Shown one piece after another: positions 20,722 to 31,878 of a stretch of DNA of 64,000 nt. The stretch is from contig JAHFFE010000001.1 in NCBI GenBank assembly GCA_023248155.1, forward strand, positions 84,873-148,872, written 5' to 3'. Position numbers and translations under genes: made by a program. The DNA is from Candidatus Omnitrophota bacterium (GTDB lineage Bacteria > Omnitrophota > Gorgyraeia > 1-14-0-20-64-10). A model generated the notes under the pieces. That model had not been told where the DNA came from, searched no databases, and saw only the letters and a program-made list of their open reading frames with translations. Every line of letters starts with the position of its first letter. Positions within the stretch are counted from its first letter, which is position 1.

Positions 20722-21514
20722 TCCGGCCGCACAAATCGGCGCCGATGTTGAAATCGGGCCGTATGCCGTGATTGAAGGGGCCGTTAAAATCGGCCGCGGA
20801 ACCAAAATCTGGCCGCATGTCTATTTAGTTGCTCCTCTGGAAATTGGCGAAGAATGCCAAATTCATGTCGGCGCGGTGCTGGGACATCTTCATCAGGCGC
20901 TGCGCGAACAGCAGGTGGGCGGCGTGAAGATCGGCGACCGTACGATCATTCGCGAGTATGCATCGGTGCACCGCTCGTCGCAAAAAGGGACGAATACGAC
21001 GATCGGCTCGGACTGTTTATTGATGGGAACCGTTCATGTGGCGCATGACTGCACCATCGGAAATAAAGTGATTGTTTCCAATGGGACGCTGATCGCCGGG
21101 CATGTCACCGTTGAAGACAAGGCTATTTTGTCCGGGCATGTGGCCGTGCATCAATTCGTCCGGATCGGAACACTGTCGATGATCGGAGGTCTGGCGCGCG
21201 TGAACAAGGATGTGCCGCCCTATTTTCTGGTCAAGGGAGACTCGGAAGTCTGGTCTATGAACTTAGTTGGTATCAAGCGGGCGGGCATGTCGGAACGGTC
21301 CCGCGAAGGGATCCGGGAGGCCTATCGCCTGCTTTACCGGACCGGTTTAAACACCACGCAGGCGGTCAAATCGATCCAGGCGATGGATAAACTAACGCCG
21401 GAAGTCCAGCATTTATTACAGTTTGTGCAAGAAAGCCGCCGCGGCGTCTGCCGGCATCATCTGCGTATGCCGGAAGAGAGCCTCCTTGACATTGATGGTG
21501 ATGATGGGGTATAA
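20684..21514 (+). CDS. lpxA: UDP-N-acetylglucosamine acyltransferase (LpxA family)
   Basis: IHPTAII, hexapeptide repeats, IREY..VHR, HVAHDC, AGHV, VHQFVRIG, KDVPPY. Confidence 0.88.
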   Translation: MTNPKIHPTAIIDPAAQIGADVEIGPYAVIEGAVKIGRGTKIWPHVYLVAPLEIGEECQIHVGAVLGHLHQALREQQVGGVKIGDRTIIREYASVHRSSQKGTNTTIGSDCLLMGTVHVAHDCTIGNKVIVSNGTLIAGHVTVEDKAILSGHVAVHQFVRIGTLSMIGGLARVNKDVPPYFLVKGDSEVWSMNLVGIKRAGMSERSREGIREAYRLLYRTGLNTTQAVKSIQAMDKLTPEVQHLLQFVQESRRGVCRHHLRMPEESLLDIDGDDGV

Positions 21515-21515
21515 T
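21486..21515 (+). promoter_or_regulatory. Consensus sigma70 promoter of the pyr operon
   Basis: TTGACA(21486)-18 nt-TATAAT(21510), overlapping the lpxA 3' end. Confidence 0.85.
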
Positions 21516-21537
21516 TCTTTTTAGTCAGTAGTTTAAC

Positions 21538-21651
21538 AGCCTTTTAAACTGGTCCCGAGAGGCCAGAAAAGGAGCGTGTCAGGTGCATAACGGAATGTTT
21601 CTATTTGATCGCTCGTCTGCGTATAGTGCGCGGATGAGCTTTTTTTATGCC
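21538..21651 (+). ncRNA. PyrR-binding attenuator leader with intrinsic terminator
   Basis: CCTTTTAAACTGGTCCCGAGAGGCCAGAAAAGG resembles the PyrR binding loop (ARUCCNGNGAGGYU). Terminator GCTCGTCTGCG/CGCGGATGAGC plus T7 at 21611-21646, directly before pyrR. Confidence 0.88.
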
Positions 21652-21659
21652 CAAAAATT

Positions 21660-22205
21660 ATGGAAACGGGCATGAAGTCAGTCATTCTGGATGCCGAAGG
21701 AGTCCGCCGCGCTTTTATCCGGATCGCCCATGAAATTCTGGAACGGCACCGGATCATTGAAAATATTGCGTTAGTCGGCATCCGCTCGCGCGGCGTCTTT
21801 TTGGCCCAGCGATTGGCGGCCAATCTGAAAGAGTTAACCGGTAAAGCGGTCCTGGTAGGCGCGCTGGACATTACACTTTACCGCGACGACTTGAGCATGC
21901 TGGCTGCCAACCCGATTATCCGCGCGACGGAGATTCCGTTTGATCTGACCGGAAAACAGGTAATCATCGTTGACGATGTTCTCTTTACGGGCCGCACGAT
22001 CCGCGCTGCGATGGATGCGCTGATCGATTTGGGCCGCCCCGAAGCGATCGAGCTGGCCGTTTTAATTGATCGCGGCCACCGCGAACTTCCGATCCGTGCC
22101 GATTACATCGGGAAAAATGTTCCGACGGCCCGGCAAGAACTGGTGCAGGTCCGCCTGACCGAAATTGATCACGCTGAAGAAGTAACTCTGGGGGAGAAAC
22201 TCTAA
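21660..22205 (+). CDS. pyrR: Bifunctional pyr operon regulator/uracil phosphoribosyltransferase
   Basis: [49 protein letters not shown]. Confidence 0.97.
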   Translation: METGMKSVILDAEGVRRAFIRIAHEILERHRIIENIALVGIRSRGVFLAQRLAANLKELTGKAVLVGALDITLYRDDLSMLAANPIIRATEIPFDLTGKQVIIVDDVLFTGRTIRAAMDALIDLGRPEAIELAVLIDRGHRELPIRADYIGKNVPTARQELVQVRLTEIDHAEEVTLGEKL

Positions 22206-23197
22206 TGGCCGCCTGGACCCGCAAAGATTTGCTGAGCCTCGAGGAACTTTCCAAGGAAGAACTGCTGTTATTGCTCGATCAGGCCAAGGCGTTTAAAGAA
22301 ATTTCACTGCGCCCGATCAAAAAAGTACCGGCGCTGCGCGGTCGAACCGTGGCGCTCTGCTTTTTGGAGCCGTCGACGCGGACGCGCGCCTCATTTGAGC
22401 TGGCCGCGAAACGGCTTTCAGCCGACCTGCTGTCGTTTCAAGGAAATTCATCCAGCATCACCAAGGGCGAATCGGTCGTCGATACCGCGCGCAACATTGA
22501 GGCGATGCGTGTGGATGTCATAGTCCTTCGGCACAACACCAGCGGAACGCCGGCGCAGGTGGCGCATGCCGTGAAAGCCAGCATCATCAACGCCGGCGAC
22601 GGTTCCCACGAACATCCGACGCAGGGATTAATCGATCTGTTCACCATTCAGGAAAAAAAGGGACGGATTGAAGGGCTGAATGTGGTGATCGTCGGAGATA
22701 TCCTGCATTCGCGCGTGGCCCGCTCCGATTTATGGGGATTAATGAAGCTGGGCGCTAAAGTCACGCTGTGCGGCCCCCCGACGCTGGTTCCGTCCGCAAT
22801 GGAACAGCTGGGCGCCAAAATCAGTTATCGCCTCGACGATGTATTGCCGAAGGCCGATGTGGTGATTGCGCTGCGGCTTCAGCTGGAACGGCAGCAGGAA
22901 AAATATATCCCGTCGTTTCGCGAATATACGCGGCTCTATGGCATCGACAGCGACCGATTGAAAAAAGCAAAACCGGATTTGACGATCATGCATCCAGGCC
23001 CGGTCAACCGCGGATTGGAACTTTCATCGGAAGTGGCGGACGGCCCGCAGTCGGTGATTTTGGATCAGGTGACCAATGGCATTGCCGTGCGAATGGCCGC
23101 GCTTTATCTGGTGGCCGGCATTCATCCGGCCGACGAAGAACCGGTGAGTGAGCCGGGCAGAATTGACCTGCCGGTTCGGGAGAAACAGGTCCGATGA
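22205..23197 (+). CDS. pyrB: Aspartate carbamoyltransferase catalytic subunit
   Basis: FLEPSTRTR.SFE, NAGDG.HEHPTQ, GDILHSRVARS, MHPGPVNRG. Confidence 0.98.
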   Translation: MAAWTRKDLLSLEELSKEELLLLLDQAKAFKEISLRPIKKVPALRGRTVALCFLEPSTRTRASFELAAKRLSADLLSFQGNSSSITKGESVVDTARNIEAMRVDVIVLRHNTSGTPAQVAHAVKASIINAGDGSHEHPTQGLIDLFTIQEKKGRIEGLNVVIVGDILHSRVARSDLWGLMKLGAKVTLCGPPTLVPSAMEQLGAKISYRLDDVLPKADVVIALRLQLERQQEKYIPSFREYTRLYGIDSDRLKKAKPDLTIMHPGPVNRGLELSSEVADGPQSVILDQVTNGIAVRMAALYLVAGIHPADEEPVSEPGRIDLPVREKQVR

Positions 23198-24498
23198 GCG
23201 CGAAAACAATTTTATTAAAGGGCGGACGGCTGATCGATCCGTCGCAGGGCATCGACGGCCAGCACGATCTGTTGATCGAGAATGGCCGCATTGCGAAAGT
23301 CGGAAAAAATCTGAAAGCCGATTCGGCCGAAACGATCGAGTTAAAAGGCAAGATTGTCTGCCCCGGCTTCATTGATCTGCATGTCCATTTCCGGACGCCC
23401 GGACAAGAGCATAAAGAAACGATTCGCACCGGATCGCGCGCCGCGTTGTCCGGCGGATTTACGACGGTTTGTTTGATGGCCAATACCGATCCGGTTGTCG
23501 ATTCACCCACCATCGTCGAATTCATCAAGGGTGAGGCTGCGAAAGTCGGGCTAATTCAGGTTCTTCCATACGGCGCGGTGACGCTCGGTTTGAAAGGGGA
23601 AAACCTGACCGAGATGGCTGCTTTGCAGGAGGCCGGCGTCGTTGGATTCTCCGACGATGGAATGCCAGTTTCCAATGCCGGTATGATGCGCCGCGCGCTG
23701 GAATACAGCCGCGTAACCGGACTGCCGGTCATTGATCACTGCGAAGAAAAAGAGTTAAGCGGGCATGGCGTGATGCATGAAGGATTGACTTCCTGCCGGT
23801 TGGGATTGGCCGGAGTTCCGTCAGAAGCCGAAACGGTGATGATTGCGCGCGATCTTCTGCTGGCCGAGGCGACCGGAGGAAAATTGCATATCGCGCATGT
23901 CAGTACGGTGGCCGGCGCGGAATTAATCCGGGCCGCGAAAAAACGCGGTGTTCCGGTTACCGCCGAAGTGACGCCGCACCATTTGACGCTGTCGGAAGAA
24001 GCGCTGGAGAGTTACGATTCCCGGTTCAAGATGAACCCGCCGCTTCGCCCGAAAAAAGATGCACAGGCGCTGCGCGAAGCGCTCAACGACGGAACGATTG
24101 ATGCGATTGCCACCGATCATGCCCCGCATTCGTTGTCGGAAAAAGAAACAGGACTCATTCAGGCGCCGTTCGGCGTGATCGGGCTTGAGACGGCGCTGGC
24201 CGTTTTGTTAACGGAGTTGGTGCACAAGCAAGGTTTCTCTCTGGCAACGCTGATTGCCGCATGGACGCACAAACCGGCGAAAGTAATCGGCAGTGACCGG
24301 GGTACATTGGCCGTCGGGGCTCCGGCCGATATCACAGTCTTTGACCCGGAGCAGGAATGGAGTCCGGATGCCGGGCAAACCGCCTCAAAAAGCAAAAACA
24401 GCCCGTTTATCGGATGGAAATTGAAGGGCCGCGTGACGGATGTGTGGGTTTCAGGACAGGCTCGCTACCGCGATGGACGATTTTTAACCGAGGACTAA
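23194..24498 (+). CDS. pyrC: Dihydroorotase
   Basis: DLHVHFR.PG, FSDDG, HIAHVST, EVTPHHL, KMNPPLR, ATDHAPH. Confidence 0.97.
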   Translation: MSAKTILLKGGRLIDPSQGIDGQHDLLIENGRIAKVGKNLKADSAETIELKGKIVCPGFIDLHVHFRTPGQEHKETIRTGSRAALSGGFTTVCLMANTDPVVDSPTIVEFIKGEAAKVGLIQVLPYGAVTLGLKGENLTEMAALQEAGVVGFSDDGMPVSNAGMMRRALEYSRVTGLPVIDHCEEKELSGHGVMHEGLTSCRLGLAGVPSEAETVMIARDLLLAEATGGKLHIAHVSTVAGAELIRAAKKRGVPVTAEVTPHHLTLSEEALESYDSRFKMNPPLRPKKDAQALREALNDGTIDAIATDHAPHSLSEKETGLIQAPFGVIGLETALAVLLTELVHKQGFSLATLIAAWTHKPAKVIGSDRGTLAVGAPADITVFDPEQEWSPDAGQTASKSKNSPFIGWKLKGRVTDVWVSGQARYRDGRFLTED

Positions 24499-24499
24499 A

Positions 24500-25192
24500 A
24501 TGAACAAACAGTTTCGATCAATTGGAGTGGTCGGTTTTCTGTTGCTCGCGGCAACCGCCGCGTTCGCCGAAGATGCGGCGTTGCCAAACGAAGCTGTCGA
24601 GCTTCAGAAAAAAGCGGAACAGCTGAAAAGCTACAAAGCCTCATTCTCGCTGGCGGCCAAGGAAGAAAACGGGAAAGAGTTTAAGATGGAAGGGACGATG
24701 ATTTATCAAAAACCGGATCATCGCCGACTGGAAATGAAAGAAACCGGCACCGAAGGGGCTCCGCAGCAGCTGGTTTCCGACGGGAAAACGGAATGGCAGT
24801 ATTACCCCGAGGGGAAAGCCGCCTACAAAATAAACAATCCGCCGGCTGCGCCCGGACCGCACCGCGCGTTTGCCGACATCAAGCCGGGCACGGTCCGTTT
24901 TCTCGGAAAGACCGGCGACGGCCTTTCGTTTGAAGCCGAACCGCAGCCGAATGTTGTGGAACAGGCTCCCGTGAAAGTAGAAAAAGTCCGCCTGGTATTG
25001 GATGAAAACAACGGCTTGATTAAATCAATGGCACTGATGGGTGAAAACGGGGAAGAAGTGCTCACGCAGAAATTTTTCGACATTGAAACTAACATTGCGG
25101 TTCCCGACGACACATTCCGGTTTACGCTCCCCGAAGGTGTCTCGGTCATGGAAGTGCCGGTTCCGGGCACGGAGGCTGTCGCCGAACAATGA
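24500..25192 (+). CDS. LolA-like periplasmic lipoprotein-carrier-fold protein
   Basis: Signal peptide, G.MIYQKPD..RLE, LVSDGKTEWQYYP, N..VPDDTFRFTLPEGV.V. Confidence 0.75.
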   Translation: MNKQFRSIGVVGFLLLAATAAFAEDAALPNEAVELQKKAEQLKSYKASFSLAAKEENGKEFKMEGTMIYQKPDHRRLEMKETGTEGAPQQLVSDGKTEWQYYPEGKAAYKINNPPAAPGPHRAFADIKPGTVRFLGKTGDGLSFEAEPQPNVVEQAPVKVEKVRLVLDENNGLIKSMALMGENGEEVLTQKFFDIETNIAVPDDTFRFTLPEGVSVMEVPVPGTEAVAEQ

Positions 25193-26286
25193 CGCAGGCG
25201 CTTCTGGCACTGGAGGACGGGACCGTATTTCGGGGACAGGCGTTCGGAGCGCCCGGTGAAATTTCGGGTGAAGTGATTTTTAACACGTCGATGACCGGTT
25301 ACCAGGAAATCGTTTCCGATCCGTCGTACCGCGGCCAGATCGTCGTGATGACCTATCCGCTGATTGGAAATTACGGCGTCAACGCGGCTGACCTGGAATC
25401 ACTGAAGCCGCAGGCCGAAGGATTCGTGGTCCGCAGTTTAAGCCCGATGGCTTCGAGCTGGCGCAAAGAAAAAACGCTCGAAGAATGGCTGACGGCGCAC
25501 GGCACCGTGGCGGTCCAGGGCATCGATACGCGCGCGCTGACATGCCTGCTGCGCGAAAAAGGGGCGCTCAAAGGCGTCATTTCAACCACCGACGGCGATG
25601 CGCGCCGCCTCGTCGAGAAAGCGAAAAAATCGACGGGTCTGGTCGGCCGCGATTTAGTCAGCGAAGTCACCTGCGGCAAAATTCATCCTTGGCCGGAAGC
25701 TCCATCCGTAGCCCGTCCGTTCCGCGTGGCTGCCGTTGACTGCGGAATGAAGACGCATATTCCGCGCATGCTGACGCAGGCCGGCTGCCAGGTCACGATT
25801 GTTCCTTCCACGGTCCGGTATGAAGAATTAATGGAATTGAAACCGGACGGCCTGTTTATTTCCAACGGTCCCGGCGATCCGGAAGCGGCTGTCTCGCTGA
25901 TCTCCGTCGCGCAAAAATGCGTTGGGAAAATGCCGATCTTCGGAATCTGCCTGGGGCACCAGATCCTGGGCCTGGCACTGGGCGGAAAAACCTACAAATT
26001 AAAATTTGGGCACCATGGCGGAAATCACCCCGTGATGAATCTCGACACCGGGAAAGTGGAAATCACGGCGCAAAACCACGGATTTGCCGTCGATCCGACG
26101 TCAATTCCCGGCAGCGATGTCCGGATGACGCATCTGAATCTGAATGATAAAACCTGCGAAGGGATGCGGCATACAAAAGCGCCGTTGTTTTCAGTGCAGT
26201 ATCATCCCGAGGCCTCTCCCGGCCCGCATGATTCTCAATACCTGTTCGATCAATTTGTGACGATGATGAAAACGCAAAGGGCTTAA
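25189..26286 (+). CDS. carA: Carbamoyl-phosphate synthase small subunit
   Basis: GEVIFNTSMTGYQE, SNGPGDP, FGICLGHQ, QNHGF, QYHPEASPGPHD. Confidence 0.98.
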   Translation: MTQALLALEDGTVFRGQAFGAPGEISGEVIFNTSMTGYQEIVSDPSYRGQIVVMTYPLIGNYGVNAADLESLKPQAEGFVVRSLSPMASSWRKEKTLEEWLTAHGTVAVQGIDTRALTCLLREKGALKGVISTTDGDARRLVEKAKKSTGLVGRDLVSEVTCGKIHPWPEAPSVARPFRVAAVDCGMKTHIPRMLTQAGCQVTIVPSTVRYEELMELKPDGLFISNGPGDPEAAVSLISVAQKCVGKMPIFGICLGHQILGLALGGKTYKLKFGHHGGNHPVMNLDTGKVEITAQNHGFAVDPTSIPGSDVRMTHLNLNDKTCEGMRHTKAPLFSVQYHPEASPGPHDSQYLFDQFVTMMKTQRA

Positions 26287-26290
26287 TTTG

Positions 26291-26935
26291 ATGAAAAACA
26301 AGATTCAGATTATTCTGATCGCCGTGCTCGTTGCGGCCGGTATTTGGTTTTTCTACACGAAGAAAACAACTCAGCCCGCCGCGGTTCCTGCCGCCGGTAC
26401 GGTCTCGCCGGCTTCCGTGACTGTTCTCAAGCCGGGCGAAAATCCGCCGGCAGCCCCGAAATCGAAACAACCGCCGGCTCCGCTGCGAATCCGTTTTGAA
26501 GCCAATGAACCGCCGGTACTTGGGAAACCGGCGCCGGTTGTTTTTTCGGTTTATCCGAATCCGGCAGTCTGGCCGAAGAATGCACAGGGCGAAGGACGGA
26601 TTGAATGGCTGCTGCGGATTCCTTCCGGCATCAAGCTGGAATCAAAGGAGTGGGAACCGGCAGCGCTTTCCGCGCAGGATAAAAATGAAGGATGGTCTTT
26701 GTACCAGTATGCTGAGAAAGTAACGATTCCGTCGGAGCCGGGCACCGAACCGCTCTCACAGCAAAAAGCGTTGTTGATTATCGCGGAACCGGGCGTCAAT
26801 TGGGTGATCACGGTCCGGGTGCGGATGGCGCATGGATCTGAATCGTGGCAGGCGTTTGGCGCGGTTTTCGCAACGGCCGACAGCCAAAAAGCTGAATTTC
26901 ATACAGCGCCAAAACTTTCAAATCAAAATGCCTAA
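26291..26935 (+). CDS. Hypothetical membrane-anchored protein (N-terminal TM, Pro-rich linker, beta-rich domain)
   Basis: Fills the carA-carB gap; its stop overlaps the carB start (ATGCCTAA); no recognised motif. Confidence 0.75.
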   Translation: MKNKIQIILIAVLVAAGIWFFYTKKTTQPAAVPAAGTVSPASVTVLKPGENPPAAPKSKQPPAPLRIRFEANEPPVLGKPAPVVFSVYPNPAVWPKNAQGEGRIEWLLRIPSGIKLESKEWEPAALSAQDKNEGWSLYQYAEKVTIPSEPGTEPLSQQKALLIIAEPGVNWVITVRVRMAHGSESWQAFGAVFATADSQKAEFHTAPKLSNQNA

Positions 26936-29900
26936 GCGGACAGACCTTCATAAAATTTTAATCATCGGGTCCGGACCGATCATCATCGGCCAGGCCTGCG
27001 AGTTTGATTATTCGGGCACGCAAGCCTGCAAGGCGCTTCGCGAAGAAGGGTACTCGGTTGTATTGGTCAATTCCAATCCGGCCACGATTATGACCGATCC
27101 GGAATTTGCCGACCGCACCTACATCGAGCCGGTCACGGCGGAGGCGGTCGAAAAAATCATCGCGAAAGAACGGCCCGATGCGCTACTGCCGACGCTGGGT
27201 GGACAAACCGGCCTGAATGTGGCGATGCAGCTGGCCGAGCGCGGCGTTCTTGAGAAATATAAGGTCCAGATGATCGGCGCTAACGCCGAAGCGATCCGGA
27301 AAGCGGAAGACCGCGAACTGTTCAAGCAGACGATGATAAAATGCGGACTCGATGTTCCGCGCAGCGGCGTTGCGCATACGCTCGAAGAAGCGCGCGCAGT
27401 CGCCGAAAAAATCGGATTTCCGAATGTGATCCGGCCCGCGTTTACGCTGGGCGGCACCGGCGGCGGCATTGCCTACAACCAGGACGAATTCGACCGGATC
27501 GCCGAGAACGGCCTCAGTTTAAGCATGGTCTCCGAAGTGCTGATCGAGGAATCGGTCGAAGGGTGGAAAGAATTTGAGCTGGAGGTGATGCGCGACCGTA
27601 ATGACAATGTCGTGATCGTCTGCTCGATCGAAAATTTTGATCCGATGGGCGTGCATACCGGCGATTCGATTACGGTAGCGCCCGCCCAGACGCTGACCGA
27701 CAAGGAAATGCAGGCGATGCGCAACGACGCGATCACGATCATCCGCGCGATCGGCGTGGAGACCGGCGGATCCAACGTGCAGTTTGCGGTCAATCCGCAG
27801 ACGGGCCGGCGCACCGTGATCGAAATGAACCCGCGCGTGTCGCGCTCGTCGGCGCTGGCCTCCAAGGCGACCGGTTTCCCGATCGCCAAGATCGCCGCGA
27901 AACTGGCGATCGGCTATACGCTCGACGAGCTTTCGAACGACATTACGCGGCAGACGCCGGCTTGTTTTGAACCGACGCTCGATTACTGCGTCGTGAAAAT
28001 TCCGCGCTGGGCGTTCGAAAAATTCCCGGGCGCCGATCCAACACTGACAGTCCAGATGAAATCGGTCGGTGAGGTGATGGCGATCGGACGCACGTTCAAA
28101 GAAGCGCTTCAAAAAGGGCTGCGCGGGCTGGAAATCGGCCGGTTTGGCCTGGGCGCCGATGGAAAAGATGCCGACTGGAATGCCGATGAACTGCGCAAAA
28201 AAATCCGGATTCCTAACGCTGAACGGATTTTCGCGATTCGCCAGGCGATGCTGACCGGAATTTCCGATGAGGAAATCCACAAACTTTCGAAAATCGACCT
28301 CTGGTTTCTGCGTGAAATCCGCCGGATTGTCGATGCGGAACAGCAACTGAAAAAAGTTTCCGTAAAAACAGCGACCGAGGAAATAGTTTGGGATGCCAAA
28401 CAACTCGGCTTCAGCGACCGTCAGCTGGCGTTTCTCTGGGGCAGCGATGAGATGGCGATCCGCCGCCTACGTCTCCAGCAGGGCGTAAAACCGGTTTTTT
28501 ATCTGGTTGATACCTGCTCGGCCGAATTTGACGCCTATACACCCTACTACTACTCCACCTACGAGCGGCCGCCGATTCTTCAAAACGAGATTGCTCCGGT
28601 TGTGCCTCGCAATGACAAGAGAAAGAAAATTATTATTTTGGGAGGCGGACCGAACCGGATCGGACAGGGGATCGAGTTTGACTACTGCTGCGTGCGCGCT
28701 GTTTTCTCGCTGCGTGAATCAGGTTACAAAACGATCATGGTCAACTCGAATCCGGAAACGGTTTCCACCGATTACGACACCTCCGACACGCTTTATTTCG
28801 AGCCGCTGACGCTCGAAGATGTTTTGAATATCGTTGATGTGGAAAAACCGGACGGTGTCGTCGTGCAATTGGGCGGCCAGACGCCACTGAACTTGGCGCT
28901 GTCGCTGGAGCGCGAAGGGGTTCCAATCATTGGCACCTCTCCACAGGAAATTGACCGCGCCGAGGACCGGAAAAAATTCAGCGCGATGATTGAAAAGCTG
29001 GGATTGATGCAGCCGCCCAACGGCACCGCGATGAAAACGGAAGAAGCGGTTGCCATCGCGAAACGGCTGACCTATCCGGTTTTGGTCCGTCCTTCCTACG
29101 TGCTGGGCGGCCGCGCGATGGAAATTGTCTACGACGAAGCCCACCTGCGCACTTATATGGAAAAAGCGACGCGTGTTTCGCCGGAACATCCGATCCTCGT
29201 CGACAAATTTTTACAGGAAGCGATCGAAGTGGATATTGATGTGATCGCCGACGGAGAGACCGCCGTGGTGGGCGGCATTCTTGAACATGTGGAAGAAGCC
29301 GGTGTTCATTCCGGCGATGCCGCGATGGCGATGCCGCCGCACACGCTTCCGAAATCGGTATTGGATGAAATCCGCCGCGCCAGCCACGCTATGGCGAAAG
29401 AACTTCACGTAAAGGGGCTTATGAACGCGCAGTTTGCTGTCAAAGACGGCGTTGTCTATGTGCTGGAAGTGAATCCGCGCGCTTCCCGCACGGTGCCGTT
29501 TGTTTCCAAAGCGATCGGCGTTCCGTTGGTGCGGCTGGCTGCCAAAGTGATGGCCGGACAGACGCTCAAGGAACTTGGTTTTACCGAAGAGATTCAAATA
29601 CCGTTCACGGCCGTCAAAGAATCGGTCTTTCCGTTCAGCCGGTTTTTCGGCGTCGACATCATTCTCGGCCCGGAAATGCGTTCCACCGGCGAAGTGATGG
29701 GCATCGACGAGTCGTTCGGCCTGGCATTTGCCAAGTCACAGATTGCCGCGTATCAGAAAGTTCCGTCCGAAGGAACCGTGTTCATCAGCGTGAAGGATCA
29801 TGACAAGCCCGCGGCAATTCCAATCGCGCGCCGCCTGGTTACACTGGGATTTAAAATTGTTTCCACGCGCGGCACCTGTGCCGTTTTGCGCCGCGAAGGC

Positions 29901-30212
29901 GTTTCCGTCGATGAAATCAATAAAATTCACGAAGGCCGCCCCGATGTTCTGGACCTGGTGCGTGACTCTAAAATTAACCTGATCATCAATACGCCGGCCG
30001 GCAAGGAAACGAAGGAAGATGAAACAAAAATCCGATCACTGGCCGTTGTCCGCGGAATTCCGTGCGTCACTACCATTCCGGGCGCGCAAGCGTTGGTGAC
30101 CGGTATTGAAGCGCTGCGTAAGGGATATGAAGTTCGCTCCATTCAGGAATGGCACCTGACGATTGCCGGCAATAAGACGCCGGTACGTCCGGTAGCCGGA
30201 AGCGTAAAATGA
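26928..30212 (+). CDS. carB: Carbamoyl-phosphate synthase large subunit
   Basis: MPKRTD start, [18 protein letters not shown], duplicated ATP-grasp domains, C-terminal MGS domain. Confidence 0.99.
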   Translation: MPKRTDLHKILIIGSGPIIIGQACEFDYSGTQACKALREEGYSVVLVNSNPATIMTDPEFADRTYIEPVTAEAVEKIIAKERPDALLPTLGGQTGLNVAMQLAERGVLEKYKVQMIGANAEAIRKAEDRELFKQTMIKCGLDVPRSGVAHTLEEARAVAEKIGFPNVIRPAFTLGGTGGGIAYNQDEFDRIAENGLSLSMVSEVLIEESVEGWKEFELEVMRDRNDNVVIVCSIENFDPMGVHTGDSITVAPAQTLTDKEMQAMRNDAITIIRAIGVETGGSNVQFAVNPQTGRRTVIEMNPRVSRSSALASKATGFPIAKIAAKLAIGYTLDELSNDITRQTPACFEPTLDYCVVKIPRWAFEKFPGADPTLTVQMKSVGEVMAIGRTFKEALQKGLRGLEIGRFGLGADGKDADWNADELRKKIRIPNAERIFAIRQAMLTGISDEEIHKLSKIDLWFLREIRRIVDAEQQLKKVSVKTATEEIVWDAKQLGFSDRQLAFLWGSDEMAIRRLRLQQGVKPVFYLVDTCSAEFDAYTPYYYSTYERPPILQNEIAPVVPRNDKRKKIIILGGGPNRIGQGIEFDYCCVRAVFSLRESGYKTIMVNSNPETVSTDYDTSDTLYFEPLTLEDVLNIVDVEKPDGVVVQLGGQTPLNLALSLEREGVPIIGTSPQEIDRAEDRKKFSAMIEKLGLMQPPNGTAMKTEEAVAIAKRLTYPVLVRPSYVLGGRAMEIVYDEAHLRTYMEKATRVSPEHPILVDKFLQEAIEVDIDVIADGETAVVGGILEHVEEAGVHSGDAAMAMPPHTLPKSVLDEIRRASHAMAKELHVKGLMNAQFAVKDGVVYVLEVNPRASRTVPFVSKAIGVPLVRLAAKVMAGQTLKELGFTEEIQIPFTAVKESVFPFSRFFGVDIILGPEMRSTGEVMGIDESFGLAFAKSQIAAYQKVPSEGTVFISVKDHDKPAAIPIARRLVTLGFKIVSTRGTCAVLRREGVSVDEINKIHEGRPDVLDLVRDSKINLIINTPAGKETKEDETKIRSLAVVRGIPCVTTIPGAQALVTGIEALRKGYEVRSIQEWHLTIAGNKTPVRPVAGSVK

Positions 30213-31036
30213 TTCAGGCAACGGTCCCCGTTGTTTTCAATAAGCGGATCGCCAAAGATCATTATTTACTTCGCTTAAAGAGTTCGACCGTCGCCAAAAA
30301 ATCAAAACCGGGACAATTTGTTCATCTGCTGTGCGTCGAGAAACCAGGCATGGCCCCGTTGTTGCGCCGGCCGATCAGTATTTTTGACGCCGATCCAAAA
30401 ACTGGAACAATCGATCTGATCTATAAAGTGATGGGCGAAGGGACCGAGGTTTTGTCCAAAGTACGGTCGGGCGCGGCGCTGGATCTGTTGGGGCCGCTTG
30501 GTTCGACATTTCAAATACCGGCCTCCGTCCAAACCGTTTATTTGGTCGGAGGCGGTGTCGGCATTCCGCCGCTTTATTTTCTGGCCAAAGAATTAAAAAA
30601 GAACCACCGCGTAAGAACAGAAGTTTTTTTGGGCGCACGCACCAAGGAATGGGTGATTTGCGCTTCCGATTTTAAAAAACTGGGCGTTTCCGTTCATACG
30701 GCGACCGACGACGGCAGTCTGGGTCATCGCGGTTCCGTGGTGGATCTTCTGGTCTCTGTCATTACGCGTGAAACAAAGCAAGCCCGTCTCAAAGAAAAAT
30801 TAATTTGTATTTGCGGTCCGACCCGCATGATGCAGGCCGCTGCCGCGGCCTCCGGCCGGTTCGGTATCCCGGCGCAGGTTTCGCTTGAAGAACGGATGGG
30901 CTGTGCGATGGGCGTTTGCATGGGCTGCGTCGTTGAGGTCAACAGCGCGCCGGCCGGTTCGCATGCGCGGTTTCAGCGCGTTTGCACGGAAGGACCTGTT
31001 TTCCCATCGGAGGAAATCGTATGGAATATTCATTAG
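30209..31036 (+). CDS. pyrK: Dihydroorotate dehydrogenase electron transfer subunit
   Basis: [46 protein letters not shown]. Confidence 0.95.
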   Translation: MIQATVPVVFNKRIAKDHYLLRLKSSTVAKKSKPGQFVHLLCVEKPGMAPLLRRPISIFDADPKTGTIDLIYKVMGEGTEVLSKVRSGAALDLLGPLGSTFQIPASVQTVYLVGGGVGIPPLYFLAKELKKNHRVRTEVFLGARTKEWVICASDFKKLGVSVHTATDDGSLGHRGSVVDLLVSVITRETKQARLKEKLICICGPTRMMQAAAAASGRFGIPAQVSLEERMGCAMGVCMGCVVEVNSAPAGSHARFQRVCTEGPVFPSEEIVWNIH

Positions 31037-31878
31037 TCCGGGTGTTTCGGTCTATTCCGGAATGGGTTCGTGGAAAACAACGAATCGCGCGGTGGATTTT
31101 GAAAAATCACTGTGACGCAAAAGACATAGTTGTGCAGGATAATAGAGGATTTTATTACCAAATTCCAAGCTTGAGAGAAACAATAAGTTTTTCATTGTGG
31201 GTGGATGGCTCATACGAACCGAAATTAATGAAAACCATCGAGAGGATGCTTGATCCCGGCGATTGTTTTGTCGATATCGGGGCGAACATTGGCACCTTTA
31301 CGATTCCAGCATCTCGGTGGGTGGGGTCTAATGGAGTAGTGGTAGCGGCAGAAGCTTCACCAAGCGTTCTTCCATATCTTCGTGAGAATGTTGCCCGAAA
31401 TATGGTATCAAATGCACGAATTATTCCTGTTGCTGTGGCCGGCCAATCGCTGGAAAAAATCGATTTTTATGAAGCACCCAAAGACAAATTTGGCATGGGA
31501 TCTCTTTCCCCCCAATTTTCGGCGCAGGCAGTTTCGGTTTTAGCAAAAACACTGGACCAAATTATAAAAGAAGAGGGAATCTCGCACGTTCATTTGATCA
31601 AAATAGATGTGGAAGGTCTTGAGGCGGAAGTTTTCCGTGGAGCAAAAAATATTTTATCGCAAAATCCATCCCCCATTATTTTCTTTGAGTTTTGTGATTG
31701 GGCCGAGGCGAGAGTTTCGAGCTTGAAGGTTGGGGAGGCCCAGAGTATATTGCTCGATTCGGGATACCAGATCTGGCTGCTGGATGATTTCATCAGAAAA
31801 AAGCCTCCACTGAGCCAGCCGTTGATCAAGGGGTTTGAAACGCTTGTTGCAATCCGGGATCCCAAAAATGAAAACTGA
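31021..31878 (+). CDS. FkbM-family SAM methyltransferase inserted in the pyr operon
   Basis: YEP, FVDIGANIG, A.EASP, LIKIDVEGLE..VF.GA; AT-richer than flanking genes. Confidence 0.88.
   Translation: MEYSLVRVFRSIPEWVRGKQRIARWILKNHCDAKDIVVQDNRGFYYQIPSLRETISFSLWVDGSYEPKLMKTIERMLDPGDCFVDIGANIGTFTIPASRWVGSNGVVVAAEASPSVLPYLRENVARNMVSNARIIPVAVAGQSLEKIDFYEAPKDKFGMGSLSPQFSAQAVSVLAKTLDQIIKEEGISHVHLIKIDVEGLEAEVFRGAKNILSQNPSPIIFFEFCDWAEARVSSLKVGEAQSILLDSGYQIWLLDDFIRKKPPLSQPLIKGFETLVAIRDPKNEN

Noticed and set aside
26832-26927. N-terminal extensions in the ORF track for carB (also pyrE 33359, pyrD 31835, GT4 41112 and 51722, methyltransferase 39312, sugar transferase 59419)
   Set aside because: Family-typical N-termini and RBS/coupling point to downstream starts; the extensions overlap upstream genes.
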